The position numbers and the translations under genes are program-made. 64,000 bases of DNA from an uncultured Planctomycetales bacterium (lineage in GTDB: Bacteria; Omnitrophota; Gorgyraeia; Gygaellales; Profunditerraquicolaceae): the NCBI GenBank assembly GCA_964542785.1, contig CAZIUK010000001.1:5115-69114 (forward strand), given 5' to 3'. Below the pieces are notes generated by a model. The model saw only the letters and a program-made list of their open reading frames with translations. It was not told the DNA's origin and did not search any database. Shown piece by piece: positions 8,601 through 17,796 of this stretch; within the stretch, counting starts at the first letter, position 1; each line of letters begins with the position of its first letter.

Positions 8601-11429
8601 ATTTCAGGGGATCTTCCGATTGTCCTTGTGAGAATTGAAAATCGGGAAAACATTGATCTTATCGCGCAGATGATGCAAGCGTATGCTTATTGGAATATGA
8701 AGGGCCTTGCAGTTGACCTTATTATTTGGAACGAGGATAGCTCTGTTTACCGCGATAGCTTAGGGGATAGGATTAATGAGTTAATAGAGGCAAGTGTTAA
8801 AAAAATAGCCGGCCGGCACGCGGGGGTTTTTGTAAGACGGGCAGACCAGATGCCGGAAGAGGATAAGATTTTTATTCAAACAGCGGCGCGAATTGTTATT
8901 TCTGACCGCAGGGGGACTTTGGCTGAGCAGATGGAGGATGTGAAATATCCTAAGCTTGTTCCGTTTTCTTTTATTCAATACGGAGAAGATAATCATCAAG
9001 AGAAATTAAAAGGATCGGCTGAGCGCTCCGACCTTGTTTTTTTTAACGGGTTGGGTGGTTTTACCGGAGACGGCCGCGAATACATAATTACAACCTCAGC
9101 TTTAAAAACTACTCCTGCGCCATGGGTGAATGTATTGGCGAACAAGCATTTTGGCACGGTTATCTCTGAAAGCGGGAGCGCTTATACTTGGAGTGAGAAT
9201 GCTTATATGTTTCGTTTAACGCCCTGGAATAACGATCCTGTTACTGATGTTTCCGGAGAGGCGATTTATATCCGTGATGAAGAGAATATCCGGTTTTGGT
9301 CTCCGACTCCGCTTCCTGCGAAAGGCAAAACCGCTTATACTTCGCGGCATGGGTTTGGTTACAGCGTTTTTGAGCATACTGAAAATGGGATTACTTCAGA
9401 GTTAACGCAGTTTGTCTCCTTAGAAGATACTGTTAAATTTTCATTATTGAAAATTAAAAATATTTCCGGGCGCAAAAGAAGCCTTTCTGTAAGCGCGTAT
9501 TATGAGTTAGTGATGGGGACTTTACGGGATAAGTATCATATGCATATTGTAACAGAGGTTGACCCTAAGTCAGGTGTTTTGTTTGCCCGTAACCCTTTTA
9601 ATAAAGAATTTTCAAATAGAGTAGTTTTTCTGGATACTAATGAGACGGCCCGGTTTATAACCGGAGATAGGCTTGAATTTATCGGCAGGAACGGGACAAT
9701 GGCTTCTCCTTGCGCGATGCAAAAAGAAAAGCTTTCAGGAAAAGTAGGCGCCGGGATGGATCCGTGCGCTGCCACACAGGTTAAAATTGAGCTTGAAGAC
9801 GGCGAGCAAAAAGAAGTTATATTTACACTTGGTTCCGGAATGTCTCCGGAAGACGCGCGTAATATCGCATTGCGTTTTAATAATACTGAAGCAGTGCATC
9901 ATGAGTTAAACAGGGTGTGGGAATACTGGAAGCGGACTTTAGGGATTGTGTATGTGGAAACTCCGGATACTTCATTAAACTTTCTTGTAAACGGCTGGCT
10001 GCAGTATCAAATTATTAGCTGCCGCCTCATGGCTCGCAGCGGGTTTTACCAATCCGGCGGCGCTTTTGGATTTAGGGATCAACTTCAGGATGTAATGGCT
10101 TTGATTCATTCAAAACCTGAAATGACCCGGGAGCATTTACTAATTTGCGCGGGGCGCCAATTTAAAGAAGGAGATGTCCAGCATTGGTGGCATTCGTATT
10201 CCGGGCGCGGCATCAGGAGTAAATGCTCGGATGATTATTTATGGCTCCCATATGTGGCTTGTTTGTATATTAAGGCAATAGGAGATACGGGAATTTTAGA
10301 TGAAAAGATCGGGTTTTTAGAAGGCCCGGATCTGAAAGAGGGGCAGGAAGCTCATTGTGATATTCCGAGAGGTTCTGCTCATTCGGGGACCTTTTATGAA
10401 CATTGTGTTTTAAGCGTGAAAAGAGCTTTAAGATTCGGCGTTCATGGCCTTCCTTTAATTGGAAGCGGGGACTGGAATGATGGGATGAATTTAGTTGGGC
10501 ATGAAGGCAAGGGTGAGAGTGTTTGGCTTGCGTTTTTTCTTTATGATATCCTTGAATCAATGTCAAAGATAGCAGGAGAGCGTAAAGATGATGATTTCTC
10601 ATTGTTATGTTCTCAGGAAGCCAAGAAGCTTGCGAAAAATATTGAAGAATACGGGTGGGATGGCAAGTGGTATCGCCGCGCTTATTTTGACAATGGAGAG
10701 CCGTTAGGTTCATTTTTAAATAGCGAATGCCGGATTGATTCTATCCCGCAGTCATGGTCGGTTATTTCAAAGGCAGCGCAAAAAAACAGGTCAGAAATTG
10801 CAATCTCTCAAGCGGATCAACAGCTCGTTGATAATGAGCATGCCCTTGTAAAATTATTCGCCCCTCCTTTTGATAAATCCTCTTTAAACCCGGGGTATAT
10901 CAAAGGCTATCTCCCGGGGGTAAGAGAAAACGGCGGGCAATATACTCATGCCGCAGCTTGGATGGCGATTGCCTTTGCTCTTTTAAGGGATAAGAAGAGA
11001 GCTTGGGAGTTGTTTGATATGCTTAATCCGATACGTCATTGCGATACAGCGGATAAGTGCGCCGTTTATAAAGTAGAGCCTTATGTGACAGCGGCTGATG
11101 TTTATTCTTCTTTTGGGCTTGTAGGCCGCGGAGGCTGGACATGGTATACCGGCTCTGCCTCGTGGATATATCAGCTTATTGTCAGATATCTATTAGGGGT
11201 CTGCCTTAATGTGGACAAAATTTATTTTAAGCCGTGCCTTCCTGCAGATTGGGTTTCCTGGAAGCTTCATTACAAGTACCGGGAAACTTTTTATCATATT
11301 ACTTTTTTATGCACAGGGCCTTCGGATAAGGTGGTATCTGTTAAGATAGACGGCCTTGAGCAGGAGGAGATGGCTGTGCGGCTTATTGATGACCGTATAG
11401 AGCATTTAGTGGAAGTAACAATCGGGTGA
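2673..11429 (+). CDS. Cyclic beta-1,2-glucan synthase-like giant protein (2918 aa): N-terminal cytoplasmic region, TM segments, a GT-A 'D..DxD' glycosyltransferase domain (Cgs-type), TM helices, and a C-terminal GH94 (cellobiose-phosphorylase-like) domain
   Basis: GT motifs ...VVVPCMLSN... and ...ITLDADTKMS... (nt ~4150-4580). The GH94 hallmarks ...GGAFGFRDQLQD... and ...GSGDWNDGMN... are at nt ~10060-10490. Length and domain order match Brucella/Agrobacterium Cgs/ChvB/NdvB (~2830-2870 aa). Confidence 0.8.
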   Translation: MLVKKLIGFFAVRKSPDEEKIFRSELFNIEQLKGHAKSLAKRHLAYYKKGRDKLLRRLKENEEVLNRIQNILKETDKSKIRITPTGEWLLDNYFLIEEQIRLAQKYLPKDYIQGLPHISEGPFLDCPCVYEIAMEIVSHSDGCLDKERLTEYVASYQTVRHLKLGELWAFPIMLRLALIENLRRISSRLIVSYAERDKANYWATRILKIPVKDTDAMILEIGAMSKANQQFSDIFVAEFMRRLHGQTHAFSILFLWLEKKLLEQGGNLDKIIRSISQNQAANQVSTANTIGSLRFLGTTDWCDFVESLSIVEKILNQDPSGHYSRMSFATRDRYRHSVERFALRSKLPEGEIAKRVIQIANKAKAEKGAGHVTAHAGFYLIDRGLEAFCRHLGLRLAFGQQLEAKKTFWPSILFFGSVILMTLSVSAVVLKMIQPRMVLDLPWFFLFAVSLLLVTSQTIVSLVNWISMMFVKPQNLPRMDFSEGIPADAHTLVVVPCMLSNFEVINSLLEDLEVRYLANIDANADFALLTDFSDAEQEAMPEDEAFLKQVMSGIERLNHKYRRQKESSFFLFHRPRRWNEKEKVWMGYERKRGKLQDLNAFLRGRGESEFSVILGDSQRLKGVKYVITLDADTKMSRNSVRDLVGVIEHPLNRPVYDEKKGRIVSGYGILQPRIESGYPGENPSLFVRIFGGDVGIDPYTKAVSDVYQDLFLEGSFVGKGLYDVDAFEKSIQGRLPENLILSHDLLEGCYARSGLVTDVQFYENYPSSYLKDSSRRHRWIRGDWQIFRWVFSAVPGKGGIQVKNPISFLSKWKIADNLRRSFVPLAAVFLLLFGWVSFRSAWIWSGFVITLLALPILPMFMAEILRKPEHLTFRTHLELVLSLFKKNILRFFFSLVFLLYEAFYSLDAITLTLWRIFVSRRNLLKWRTFFETDSLSLSKISDYYKRMWYIPFTSVSFFLLLSVLFSHQNWLALIVLCLWFVSPAIACLISRASALRKIQFSEEQINILKNLSRKTWAFFEELITKEDNWLPLDNFQEEPVRSLAHRTSPTNIGFALLANLTAYDFGYLSMGRMFNRAEKTFDTLNVMEKYRGHFYNWYDTQTLKPLLPLYVSSVDSGNLTGSLIILRNGLMEMKNQKIVSLNIFDGLETTLRVLLQSVTDHKKKEEKISSALHNLFEKIRQSRGKNEHSFAYLSQVYALLRQILIDISKIVPFLEEKDYEDAKRWARAFERQCYDFLEDIAFIAPWVLLEPEIPGLWNAEDERQRKNLFQVREILRHLDEIPALKQVASLEHKLVPLIEEIVKDIRIEEGGVKGAREWFLKLQETIKISGTRSAERIKAIDYIILRCAEVTNIDYEFLYDKDNHLLSIGYNVDKHKVDSGCYDLLASEARFCSFVAIAQGKMPQEHWFKLGRLITKTEGEPILVSWGGSMFEYLMPLLVMPNYEGSLLAQTCKAAVNGQIRYAAKNNIPWGISESCYNKVDINKEYQYRSFGVPGMGFKRGLADDLVVAPYASMLALMIEPKKAFDNLQRLFTKGAGGFFGLYEALDFTPARLTTDETHVVVKTYMAHHQGMGLLALAYILLGRPMQRRFLAEPIFKSAELLLQERVPASEPFLYDFEVVGMLRKVGERGAFLRVFTTPQTSVPEVHTLSNGRYHVMVTNAGGGYSRCRDLAITRWNEDSALDNQGAFIYFSDVETGKFWSSAYQPALKKPKHYKALFSQAWVEFERMDNQIETHTKIAVSPEEDVELRRVTISNCSSRRRVIEVTSYAEVVLNYSASDQAHRAFSNLFIETEIIKPYQAIICRRRPRAQKETFPLILHLMAVHGSALKEASYETDRSKFIGRGRTIVSPLAMDKPGFLSNSEGSVLDPVVSIRSRLELAPGDSAVIDYVTGACENRESAQRIIEKYRDKNLSDRIFNLAWTQGQVALQQINVTEADAQLYGRLASAILYANPFWRANASILQRNIRGESDLWGYGISGDLPIVLVRIENRENIDLIAQMMQAYAYWNMKGLAVDLIIWNEDSSVYRDSLGDRINELIEASVKKIAGRHAGVFVRRADQMPEEDKIFIQTAARIVISDRRGTLAEQMEDVKYPKLVPFSFIQYGEDNHQEKLKGSAERSDLVFFNGLGGFTGDGREYIITTSALKTTPAPWVNVLANKHFGTVISESGSAYTWSENAYMFRLTPWNNDPVTDVSGEAIYIRDEENIRFWSPTPLPAKGKTAYTSRHGFGYSVFEHTENGITSELTQFVSLEDTVKFSLLKIKNISGRKRSLSVSAYYELVMGTLRDKYHMHIVTEVDPKSGVLFARNPFNKEFSNRVVFLDTNETARFITGDRLEFIGRNGTMASPCAMQKEKLSGKVGAGMDPCAATQVKIELEDGEQKEVIFTLGSGMSPEDARNIALRFNNTEAVHHELNRVWEYWKRTLGIVYVETPDTSLNFLVNGWLQYQIISCRLMARSGFYQSGGAFGFRDQLQDVMALIHSKPEMTREHLLICAGRQFKEGDVQHWWHSYSGRGIRSKCSDDYLWLPYVACLYIKAIGDTGILDEKIGFLEGPDLKEGQEAHCDIPRGSAHSGTFYEHCVLSVKRALRFGVHGLPLIGSGDWNDGMNLVGHEGKGESVWLAFFLYDILESMSKIAGERKDDDFSLLCSQEAKKLAKNIEEYGWDGKWYRRAYFDNGEPLGSFLNSECRIDSIPQSWSVISKAAQKNRSEIAISQADQQLVDNEHALVKLFAPPFDKSSLNPGYIKGYLPGVRENGGQYTHAAAWMAIAFALLRDKKRAWELFDMLNPIRHCDTADKCAVYKVEPYVTAADVYSSFGLVGRGGWTWYTGSASWIYQLIVRYLLGVCLNVDKIYFKPCLPADWVSWKLHYKYRETFYHITFLCTGPSDKVVSVKIDGLEQEEMAVRLIDDRIEHLVEVTIG

Positions 11430-11600
11430 TTGATGCCAAGGGGGACAACATAATTATTATTTCCGGCCCTCCTCATCAGGAGAAAATGGCAAGCATTATC
11501 CCGGAAGAAGAGTTTGGTAAATTCCTGAAATTCTTTTAAGGAGCACATAACTAATCTAAAGAAAGCTTTCGTTACATAGAAAGCTTAAGGGGTCAACGGC

Positions 11601-12887
11601 GTGCCTAAATACTTTAAAATTAATCTTACAATTTTAATTTTTTTACTAATTTTCCATTCTTTGTTGCCTGCTGAGGAGATACTTACTTGGCAGGATTGTA
11701 TTAGAGAGGCATCCAAGAATCACCCTGATTTAATCGCCGCCACAGAAGAGACAAAACAGCTGCAGGCTGCCAAAGCTATTACGGCAAGCGCGCTTTTTCC
11801 TCAAATAGATGCTAACCTGAAAGCTTCAACCGCCCAAACCGCTTCTTCAGCAACCGGTAAAACCTCTACCGCCGATTCTTATAGTTATGGCGTTACCGGT
11901 TCCCAGCTTATATTTGATGGTTTAAAAACTATCAGCGATACAAAGGCGGCATCTGAAAGTATTACCGCGTCTAAATATAGTTTTAAATATACATCATCTA
12001 CGGTAAGGTATAGGCTGCGCAGCGCGTATGTGAATTTATTAAAAGCGCAGGAAGCGCTTAAGATTACGAAGGAAATCTATGATATCAGAAGGAGCAATCT
12101 TGAATTAATCACTTTACGTTATCAATCAGGCTTAGAGCATAAAGGCGCTTTATTGACAGCCGAAGCGGATTTAGCCAACGCGCAATACCAGATCTCACAG
12201 GCAGAGAGAAGCCTTGAAGTTGCCCAGCGCCAGATTATTAAGGAGATGGGAAGGGTTAAGTTTTCTCCTGTTTTAGTCAGGGGAGATTTTACGGTACAAG
12301 AAAAAGCCAAAGAAAAACCTGATTTTGCAGAAATAGTTAAAAATCATCCCTCTTTAAATCAGATTATTGCCCAGAGAAACTCCGCTCAATTTAGCCTAAA
12401 CTCTGCTTATGCTAATTTTTCTCCGGCCCTCTTCGGGTCTGCCGGAGCGAATAAATCAGGTTCGCATTGGTCACCCAGTGGCGATAACTGGAACTTAGGG
12501 CTAACTTTATCAATGTCTATATTTGAAGGAGGCTTGAGGATAGCGCAGGTTTCTCAGGCTAAGGCGTATTTGAATAAAATTAAGGAGAATGAAAGAAGCG
12601 TAAAGGATAGCGCAGCCTTAGTATTAGAACAGAACTGGGTTTCGCTGCAGGATGCAATTGATAATGTAGCGGTTAAGGAGAAGCAGCTTCTTGCTACACA
12701 GGAGCGCTCTAACATAGCCCAGGCGCAATATTCTACCGGTTTTATTACTTTTGATAATTGGATAATCATAGAAGATAACCTGGTTAACGCAAAAAATGCA
12801 TTTTTAGACGCGCAGGCAAATGCATTGTTTGCTGAAGCAGGATGGGTACAGGCGAAAGGAGATACATTAGAATATGAAGAAAAATAA
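11601..12887 (+). CDS. TolC-family outer membrane efflux protein (GTG start)
   Basis: Signal-peptide-like N-terminus, the repeated coiled-coil/beta pattern of OEP family proteins, and overlap with the downstream adaptor gene. Confidence 0.7.
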   Translation: MPKYFKINLTILIFLLIFHSLLPAEEILTWQDCIREASKNHPDLIAATEETKQLQAAKAITASALFPQIDANLKASTAQTASSATGKTSTADSYSYGVTGSQLIFDGLKTISDTKAASESITASKYSFKYTSSTVRYRLRSAYVNLLKAQEALKITKEIYDIRRSNLELITLRYQSGLEHKGALLTAEADLANAQYQISQAERSLEVAQRQIIKEMGRVKFSPVLVRGDFTVQEKAKEKPDFAEIVKNHPSLNQIIAQRNSAQFSLNSAYANFSPALFGSAGANKSGSHWSPSGDNWNLGLTLSMSIFEGGLRIAQVSQAKAYLNKIKENERSVKDSAALVLEQNWVSLQDAIDNVAVKEKQLLATQERSNIAQAQYSTGFITFDNWIIIEDNLVNAKNAFLDAQANALFAEAGWVQAKGDTLEYEEK

Positions 12888-13863
12888 GAAAATCATAATT
12901 ATTACAGCCTTAGTATTGTCAGTTGTTTCTATGTTAGCTATTTTAAGGCTAAAGAATGGCAGGGGCGCTGTTGAAGTTATAAGTGAAATCAAGCCTGCTT
13001 TAGGGTCAATAAATGTGTATATTTCAACAACAGGGACAGTTTATCCCAGGAATCGCCTTGCAATAAAGCCTCCGGTTGGCGGACGGCTTGAAAACATTTT
13101 AGTTAGGGAGGGAGAAAATGTTAAAGCCGGGCAAATTCTGGCTTGGATGAGTTCTACTGAAAGGGCCGCGCTCCTTGATGCAGCCCGGGGGCAAGGCGAA
13201 GAAAAGTTAAAATATTGGCAGGAGGCTTATAAGCCCATAGCTTTGTTAGCGCCGATTGACGGTGAAGTTATCGTAGCTACAACACAACCCGGCCAGGCTG
13301 TTACAACATCCGACGCGGTTGTGGTGCTTTCGGATCAGCTTATTGTCCGGGCTCAGGTAGATGAGACGGATATAGGCAAGATTAGCATTAAACAAGAAGC
13401 GGTTATAAGCCTTGATGCCTATCCGGATATTAAGATCAGCGCCTTCGTTGACCATATCTACTATGAATCGGAAACTATAAATAATGTTACCATATACAAA
13501 GTTGACCTTATTCCGGATAAGCCTTGCGTTTATTTTCGTTCAGGAATGAATGCCGCTATAGATTTTATTACCGAAGGCGGGAAAGATATTCTTCTTGTCC
13601 CGGTTAATGCGGTGCATAACGAAAATAACGAGTATTATGTTTGGATTAAGCAAAAAGAGGCCAACAACTTTGTCAGGCGGGTTGTTGAATTAGGCATAAC
13701 AGATGAGAAAAACTATGAAATTATCTCAGGGGTAAGCCCTGATGAAACAATAGTTACCATAACCCAAGAGTATACTTTATCTAATGGTAATAGTAATAAA
13801 GGGACTAACCCTTTTATGCCTAAAATGCCCGGCATGAGAAGGATTACCGGCGGTAAAAAATAA
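12874..13863 (+). CDS. Periplasmic adaptor subunit (HlyD/MacA-like membrane fusion protein)
   Basis: N-terminal TM anchor followed by a biotinyl-lipoyl-like motif ...GRLENILVREGENVKAGQILAWM...; position between the TolC and MacB genes. Confidence 0.7.
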   Translation: MKKNKKIIIITALVLSVVSMLAILRLKNGRGAVEVISEIKPALGSINVYISTTGTVYPRNRLAIKPPVGGRLENILVREGENVKAGQILAWMSSTERAALLDAARGQGEEKLKYWQEAYKPIALLAPIDGEVIVATTQPGQAVTTSDAVVVLSDQLIVRAQVDETDIGKISIKQEAVISLDAYPDIKISAFVDHIYYESETINNVTIYKVDLIPDKPCVYFRSGMNAAIDFITEGGKDILLVPVNAVHNENNEYYVWIKQKEANNFVRRVVELGITDEKNYEIISGVSPDETIVTITQEYTLSNGNSNKGTNPFMPKMPGMRRITGGKK

Positions 13864-13866
13864 AAG

Positions 13867-15846
13867 ATGATAGAGACCAGAGAGCTATACAAAACATATC
13901 AGATGGGGGATGTTAAGGTAGAGGCTTTACGAGGCGTTTCTTTAAAAATCGTTCAGGGAGAGTTTGTTGCTATCATGGGCGCTTCGGGTTCAGGTAAATC
14001 TACGCTGATGCATGTGTTGGGATTATTAGATAGGCCTGATTCCGGAGAATATTCTTTAGGCGGAGAGGATATAACAAGGCTTTCGGATAAGGAGTTAGCT
14101 TTAGCAAGGAATCAGCTCGTAGGTTTTGTATTCCAACAGTTTCATCTTTTATCCAGAATGACTGCTTTAGAGAACGCGGAACTGCCTTTAATTTATAGCG
14201 GGAAGAGGCGCTTGAAAGGAAAAGCAGCAGAGGAGATTGAAGGAGTCGGTTTAAAAGACAGGATGTATCATAGGCCTAATGAGCTTTCCGGCGGCCAGCA
14301 GCAGAGAGTCGCTATTGCCAGAAGCTTAGTTAATGACCCGTCCATAATTTTCGCGGATGAGCCTACCGGAAATCTTGATACAAAAAGTAAGGAAGAGATA
14401 ATTTTGATATTAAAAGAACTAAATAAAAAAGGCAAAACTATCGTAGTTGTCACTCACGAGAATGAGATTGCAGCGCATGCCAAACGGATTATTACCATGC
14501 GCGACGGAGAAATTATCTCTGATAAGGTTGTTTCTAAAGAGGAGGAGCCGCCGGGAACTATTTCTTTAAAATCTAAAACTTTAGTAAAGGATATTTTATC
14601 TAAATCCGGCAGCGCGGTGAAAGGCGGAATGGAATTTTTGGATTACCTTAAACAGGCAGTTTTTGCGATGATATCGCATAAGATGCGGGCTTTCCTTTCT
14701 ATATTAGGAATACTCATCGGAGTTGCGGCAGTTATTACTATGCTTGCGATCGGGCAAGGCGCGAAAGATTCAATTGAAACACAACTGGCTTCTTTAGGGT
14801 CTAATCTTTTAATTATCAGGCCCGGATCATCAAGGCCGATGGGGATATCTATGGAAGCCGGGGCTACGACCCGCTTTACTTTTCAGGATATTGCGGCAAT
14901 CGGTAAATTAAAAAATTATGTGCAGAGGATGAGCCCTTCAGTCAGGTCCCGGGCGCAGGTAGTATATACAAATAAGAATTGGAATACTTCGGTTGAAGGC
15001 GTGGGAGTTGATTACGCGCAATTGCGTTCATCTGTCCCGGCTATAGGAAGATTTTTTAATGAAGATGACCTAAAGATGAGGAATAAAGTCGCTTTGTTAG
15101 GCACAACCGTGGCAAAAGAGCTCTTTGGCAACCTTAATCCTGTAGGAGAAACCATAAAAATAAACCTTATAAATTTTAAGGTTATAGGTATTCTGCCGGA
15201 AAAGGGGGCAGCCGGCCCGCAGGATCAGGACGATACTGTAATTATTCCCGTAACTACTGCTATGTATAGGGTTTTTGGCAAGCAGTATATTGATTCTATT
15301 TATGTTGAAGTAAAAGACGTCGGCTTAATTAATGCCGCGCAGGATGCTATAGGAGAGGTTATCATAAAAGAACACCGCCTTGCCACTAAAGATCAAAAAA
15401 ATTCCTTCTCAATCTTTAATATGGCGGATATAAAAAATACCCTTACCTCTACTACAAAGACAATGTCTTTATTATTAGGGTCAATCGCCGCTATATCATT
15501 ATTGGTCGGCGGTATAGGTATTATGAATATTATGCTTGTTTCGGTAACCGAGCGTACGCGGGAGATAGGTTTACGCAAAGCTATCGGAGCGAATAATAAA
15601 GATATTATGTTTCAATTCCTTATTGAAGCGGTTTTATTGTCCTTTATCGGCGGTTTATTCGGTATTCTTCTTGGTAGCGCCGCCTCCGCGTTAATAACTG
15701 TTTTTGCAGGCTGGACAATAACAGTATCGCTCTCTTCAATTATTCTTGCCACAGTTTTTTCTTTAATGGTCGGGGTAGTATTTGGCCTCTGGCCGGCAAA
15801 ACAGGCTTCACAACTTAATCCTATTGAAGCGTTGAGGTACGAGTAG
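13867..15846 (+). CDS. macB: MacB-type ABC transporter (fused N-terminal ATPase + FtsX-like permease with a large periplasmic domain)
   Basis: Walker A GASGSGKST, signature LSGGQQQRVAIARSL, Walker B IIFADEPTGNLD, and a C-terminal 4-TM FtsX-like region. Confidence 0.7.
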   Translation: MIETRELYKTYQMGDVKVEALRGVSLKIVQGEFVAIMGASGSGKSTLMHVLGLLDRPDSGEYSLGGEDITRLSDKELALARNQLVGFVFQQFHLLSRMTALENAELPLIYSGKRRLKGKAAEEIEGVGLKDRMYHRPNELSGGQQQRVAIARSLVNDPSIIFADEPTGNLDTKSKEEIILILKELNKKGKTIVVVTHENEIAAHAKRIITMRDGEIISDKVVSKEEEPPGTISLKSKTLVKDILSKSGSAVKGGMEFLDYLKQAVFAMISHKMRAFLSILGILIGVAAVITMLAIGQGAKDSIETQLASLGSNLLIIRPGSSRPMGISMEAGATTRFTFQDIAAIGKLKNYVQRMSPSVRSRAQVVYTNKNWNTSVEGVGVDYAQLRSSVPAIGRFFNEDDLKMRNKVALLGTTVAKELFGNLNPVGETIKINLINFKVIGILPEKGAAGPQDQDDTVIIPVTTAMYRVFGKQYIDSIYVEVKDVGLINAAQDAIGEVIIKEHRLATKDQKNSFSIFNMADIKNTLTSTTKTMSLLLGSIAAISLLVGGIGIMNIMLVSVTERTREIGLRKAIGANNKDIMFQFLIEAVLLSFIGGLFGILLGSAASALITVFAGWTITVSLSSIILATVFSLMVGVVFGLWPAKQASQLNPIEALRYE

Positions 15847-17192
15847 TGCCGCTATTAGTAAAAGACAGAGTTTCTTTTACGGTTATACGTATGGCTGTTC
15901 CGATGTTAGCCGGAACATTTGCCATAAATGCCTACCATTTAGTTGATACATGGTTTGTGTCGCGGCTGGGTACTAATGCTTTGGCGGCGATGTCGTTTAC
16001 CTTCCCGGTTGTTATGCTGCTTGGTTTTATCATGCGCGGGCTGGGGACCGGAGCTATGACGGTAGTGGCGCATTCCTTAGGCAGGGGGAAGCAAAAAACC
16101 GCTGCGCGAATTACCACGCATGCGGCTTTTTTGTCTTCAAGCGTAGCTTTAGGGCTAACAGCGGTTGGGCTTTTAACAGTTAAACCGCTCTTTATGCGTC
16201 TGGGCGCAGGGGGAGAGGTGCTTGCGCTGACGCATCAATATATGGTGATCTGGTATTGCGGATTGCTTTTCAGGGTCTTGCATATGTTGTTAGCCGATAT
16301 TATTATCGGCACAGGCCATACGAAGGCAGTTAGCTTGCTTATGGTTTTTGGTACTGCGCTGAATTTTATTTTAGACCCTATAATGATCTTTGGGCTATGG
16401 GGGTTTCCGAGGATGGGAATACAGGGGGCAGCGCTGGCCACAGTTATCTCCGAAGCGCTTGTATTGGCCGCGGCATTTCAATTTATTCACAAAAGGTATC
16501 GTTTAATTCTTTTTGCCCCCCATTCATTTGATCGTATTGCTGCTTCATGGCGCAGAATTTTGCATATTGGTATTCCCACTACATTAAGTTCTATTTTGAC
16601 TCCGTTATCTGCTATGATTGTGGTTAAGATAATCGCTAAGTTTGGAGATGCCGCGGTTGCCGCTGTCGGGGTTGCTAGCCGTATTGAGATGTTTGCGTTT
16701 ATGATTCCAATGACAGTAGGGATGTCCTTAGTCCCATTTATCGCCCAGAATTATGGGGCTAAGCGCTTTGACCGGATTCAATCCGTGCGTAAAGGGGCTA
16801 TGTTGTTCGCGCTTGTTTTCGGTTTTATTATTGCCGTAGTTTTTTTGATTATTGCCCGGCTCCTTGGTAAATTGTTTTCTTCCGATCCTGAAGTTATCAA
16901 TATCCTGGTACGTTACATTTACGTTACTTGTTTTGGTTATGGTTTTCTTGAGGTGCACCGTTATGCTACTTTTTGTTTTACCGGTATTCATCAGCCGGTC
17001 TCTTCCGCTTTTTTGACTGTGATCCGCGTGGTTCTTTTGATGATACCCTTTGCTTATTTCGGCGCAAGATTGTTTGGAATCTCCGGGATTTTTTGGGGGA
17101 GATTACTAACCGATATATTTTCAGCCACCATAGGAATTATATGGACAGGAAGGGTTTTAAAGAAAGCAGCTTGCAATTCCCTGCCAATATAA
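15846..17192 (+). CDS. MATE-family multidrug/oligosaccharide efflux transporter (12 TM)
   Basis: Typical MATE N-terminus ...MAVPMLAGTFAINAYHLVDTWFVSRLGTNALAA...; its start codon overlaps the macB stop (TAGTG). Confidence 0.75.
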   Translation: MPLLVKDRVSFTVIRMAVPMLAGTFAINAYHLVDTWFVSRLGTNALAAMSFTFPVVMLLGFIMRGLGTGAMTVVAHSLGRGKQKTAARITTHAAFLSSSVALGLTAVGLLTVKPLFMRLGAGGEVLALTHQYMVIWYCGLLFRVLHMLLADIIIGTGHTKAVSLLMVFGTALNFILDPIMIFGLWGFPRMGIQGAALATVISEALVLAAAFQFIHKRYRLILFAPHSFDRIAASWRRILHIGIPTTLSSILTPLSAMIVVKIIAKFGDAAVAAVGVASRIEMFAFMIPMTVGMSLVPFIAQNYGAKRFDRIQSVRKGAMLFALVFGFIIAVVFLIIARLLGKLFSSDPEVINILVRYIYVTCFGYGFLEVHRYATFCFTGIHQPVSSAFLTVIRVVLLMIPFAYFGARLFGISGIFWGRLLTDIFSATIGIIWTGRVLKKAACNSLPI

Positions 17193-17433
17193 AAAATGCC
17201 CGGTAAGCAAGCATATGATTATAAAGGGTTTTCCTAAGGCACTCGTTGCAGAAATTGAGCGCAACCTTGCAGGATAAGATATATAAACCAGATAAATTAT
17301 GATAATGTAAAATATCTTCCGCGCTTCTGATGTTGCCTAAAGATTATGCTTTAGAGCAAAAGTGCGAAATATTGCTTGGCTTATCTGATGATTTTATTTG
17401 TTGCTTGATTCCTGCAATAGAGGTAAAATTGGT

Positions 17434-17784
17434 TCTATGAGAGAAAGAAGAAAGTATATAAGGATTCCAAACGTATCGCAGATAAAATACGAACTTTTCG
17501 GTAGCCCTAAGGTTTATTCTTCTGTCCTTTGTAATATAAGCCCGGAGGGATTATCTTTTATGGTGCATGATTTTATTTCTGTAGGAACCAAACTAAAGGT
17601 AACTTTTGCTTACGGAGATTATTTTTATGGCGGATCAGCTAAAGTTATCTGGTGTAGAAAGGAGGATGATATTAAATATAGAGTTGGTGCTAAGTTTATA
17701 GGGGAGCCTAAGTTGCCTGATAACCTCATAGGGTTAGAAGATATTAACTGGTTAAAATCTGCAATTAAGAGGAGTGGAATTTAA
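17434..17784 (+). CDS. PilZ-domain (c-di-GMP-binding) protein. The likely true start is the ATG at 17434 (MRERRKYIRIP...), not the 17398 given in the ORF track
   Basis: RxxxR (RRKYIR) and N-x-S-x-x-G (NISPEG) PilZ motifs; an SD-like GAGGT lies upstream of 17434. Confidence 0.6.
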   Translation, partial: SMRERRKYIRIPNVSQIKYELFGSPKVYSSVLCNISPEGLSFMVHDFISVGTKLKVTFAYGDYFYGGSAKVIWCRKEDDIKYRVGAKFIGEPKLPDNLIGLEDINWLKSAIKRSGI

Positions 17785-17796
17785 GTTTCTACTGCA

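Noticed and set aside
3836-11548. Multiple 60-150 aa ORFs on both strands inside the giant 2673-11429 gene
   Set aside because: All lie within a continuous 2918-aa reading frame that has conserved GT and GH94 motifs; they are out-of-frame artefacts.
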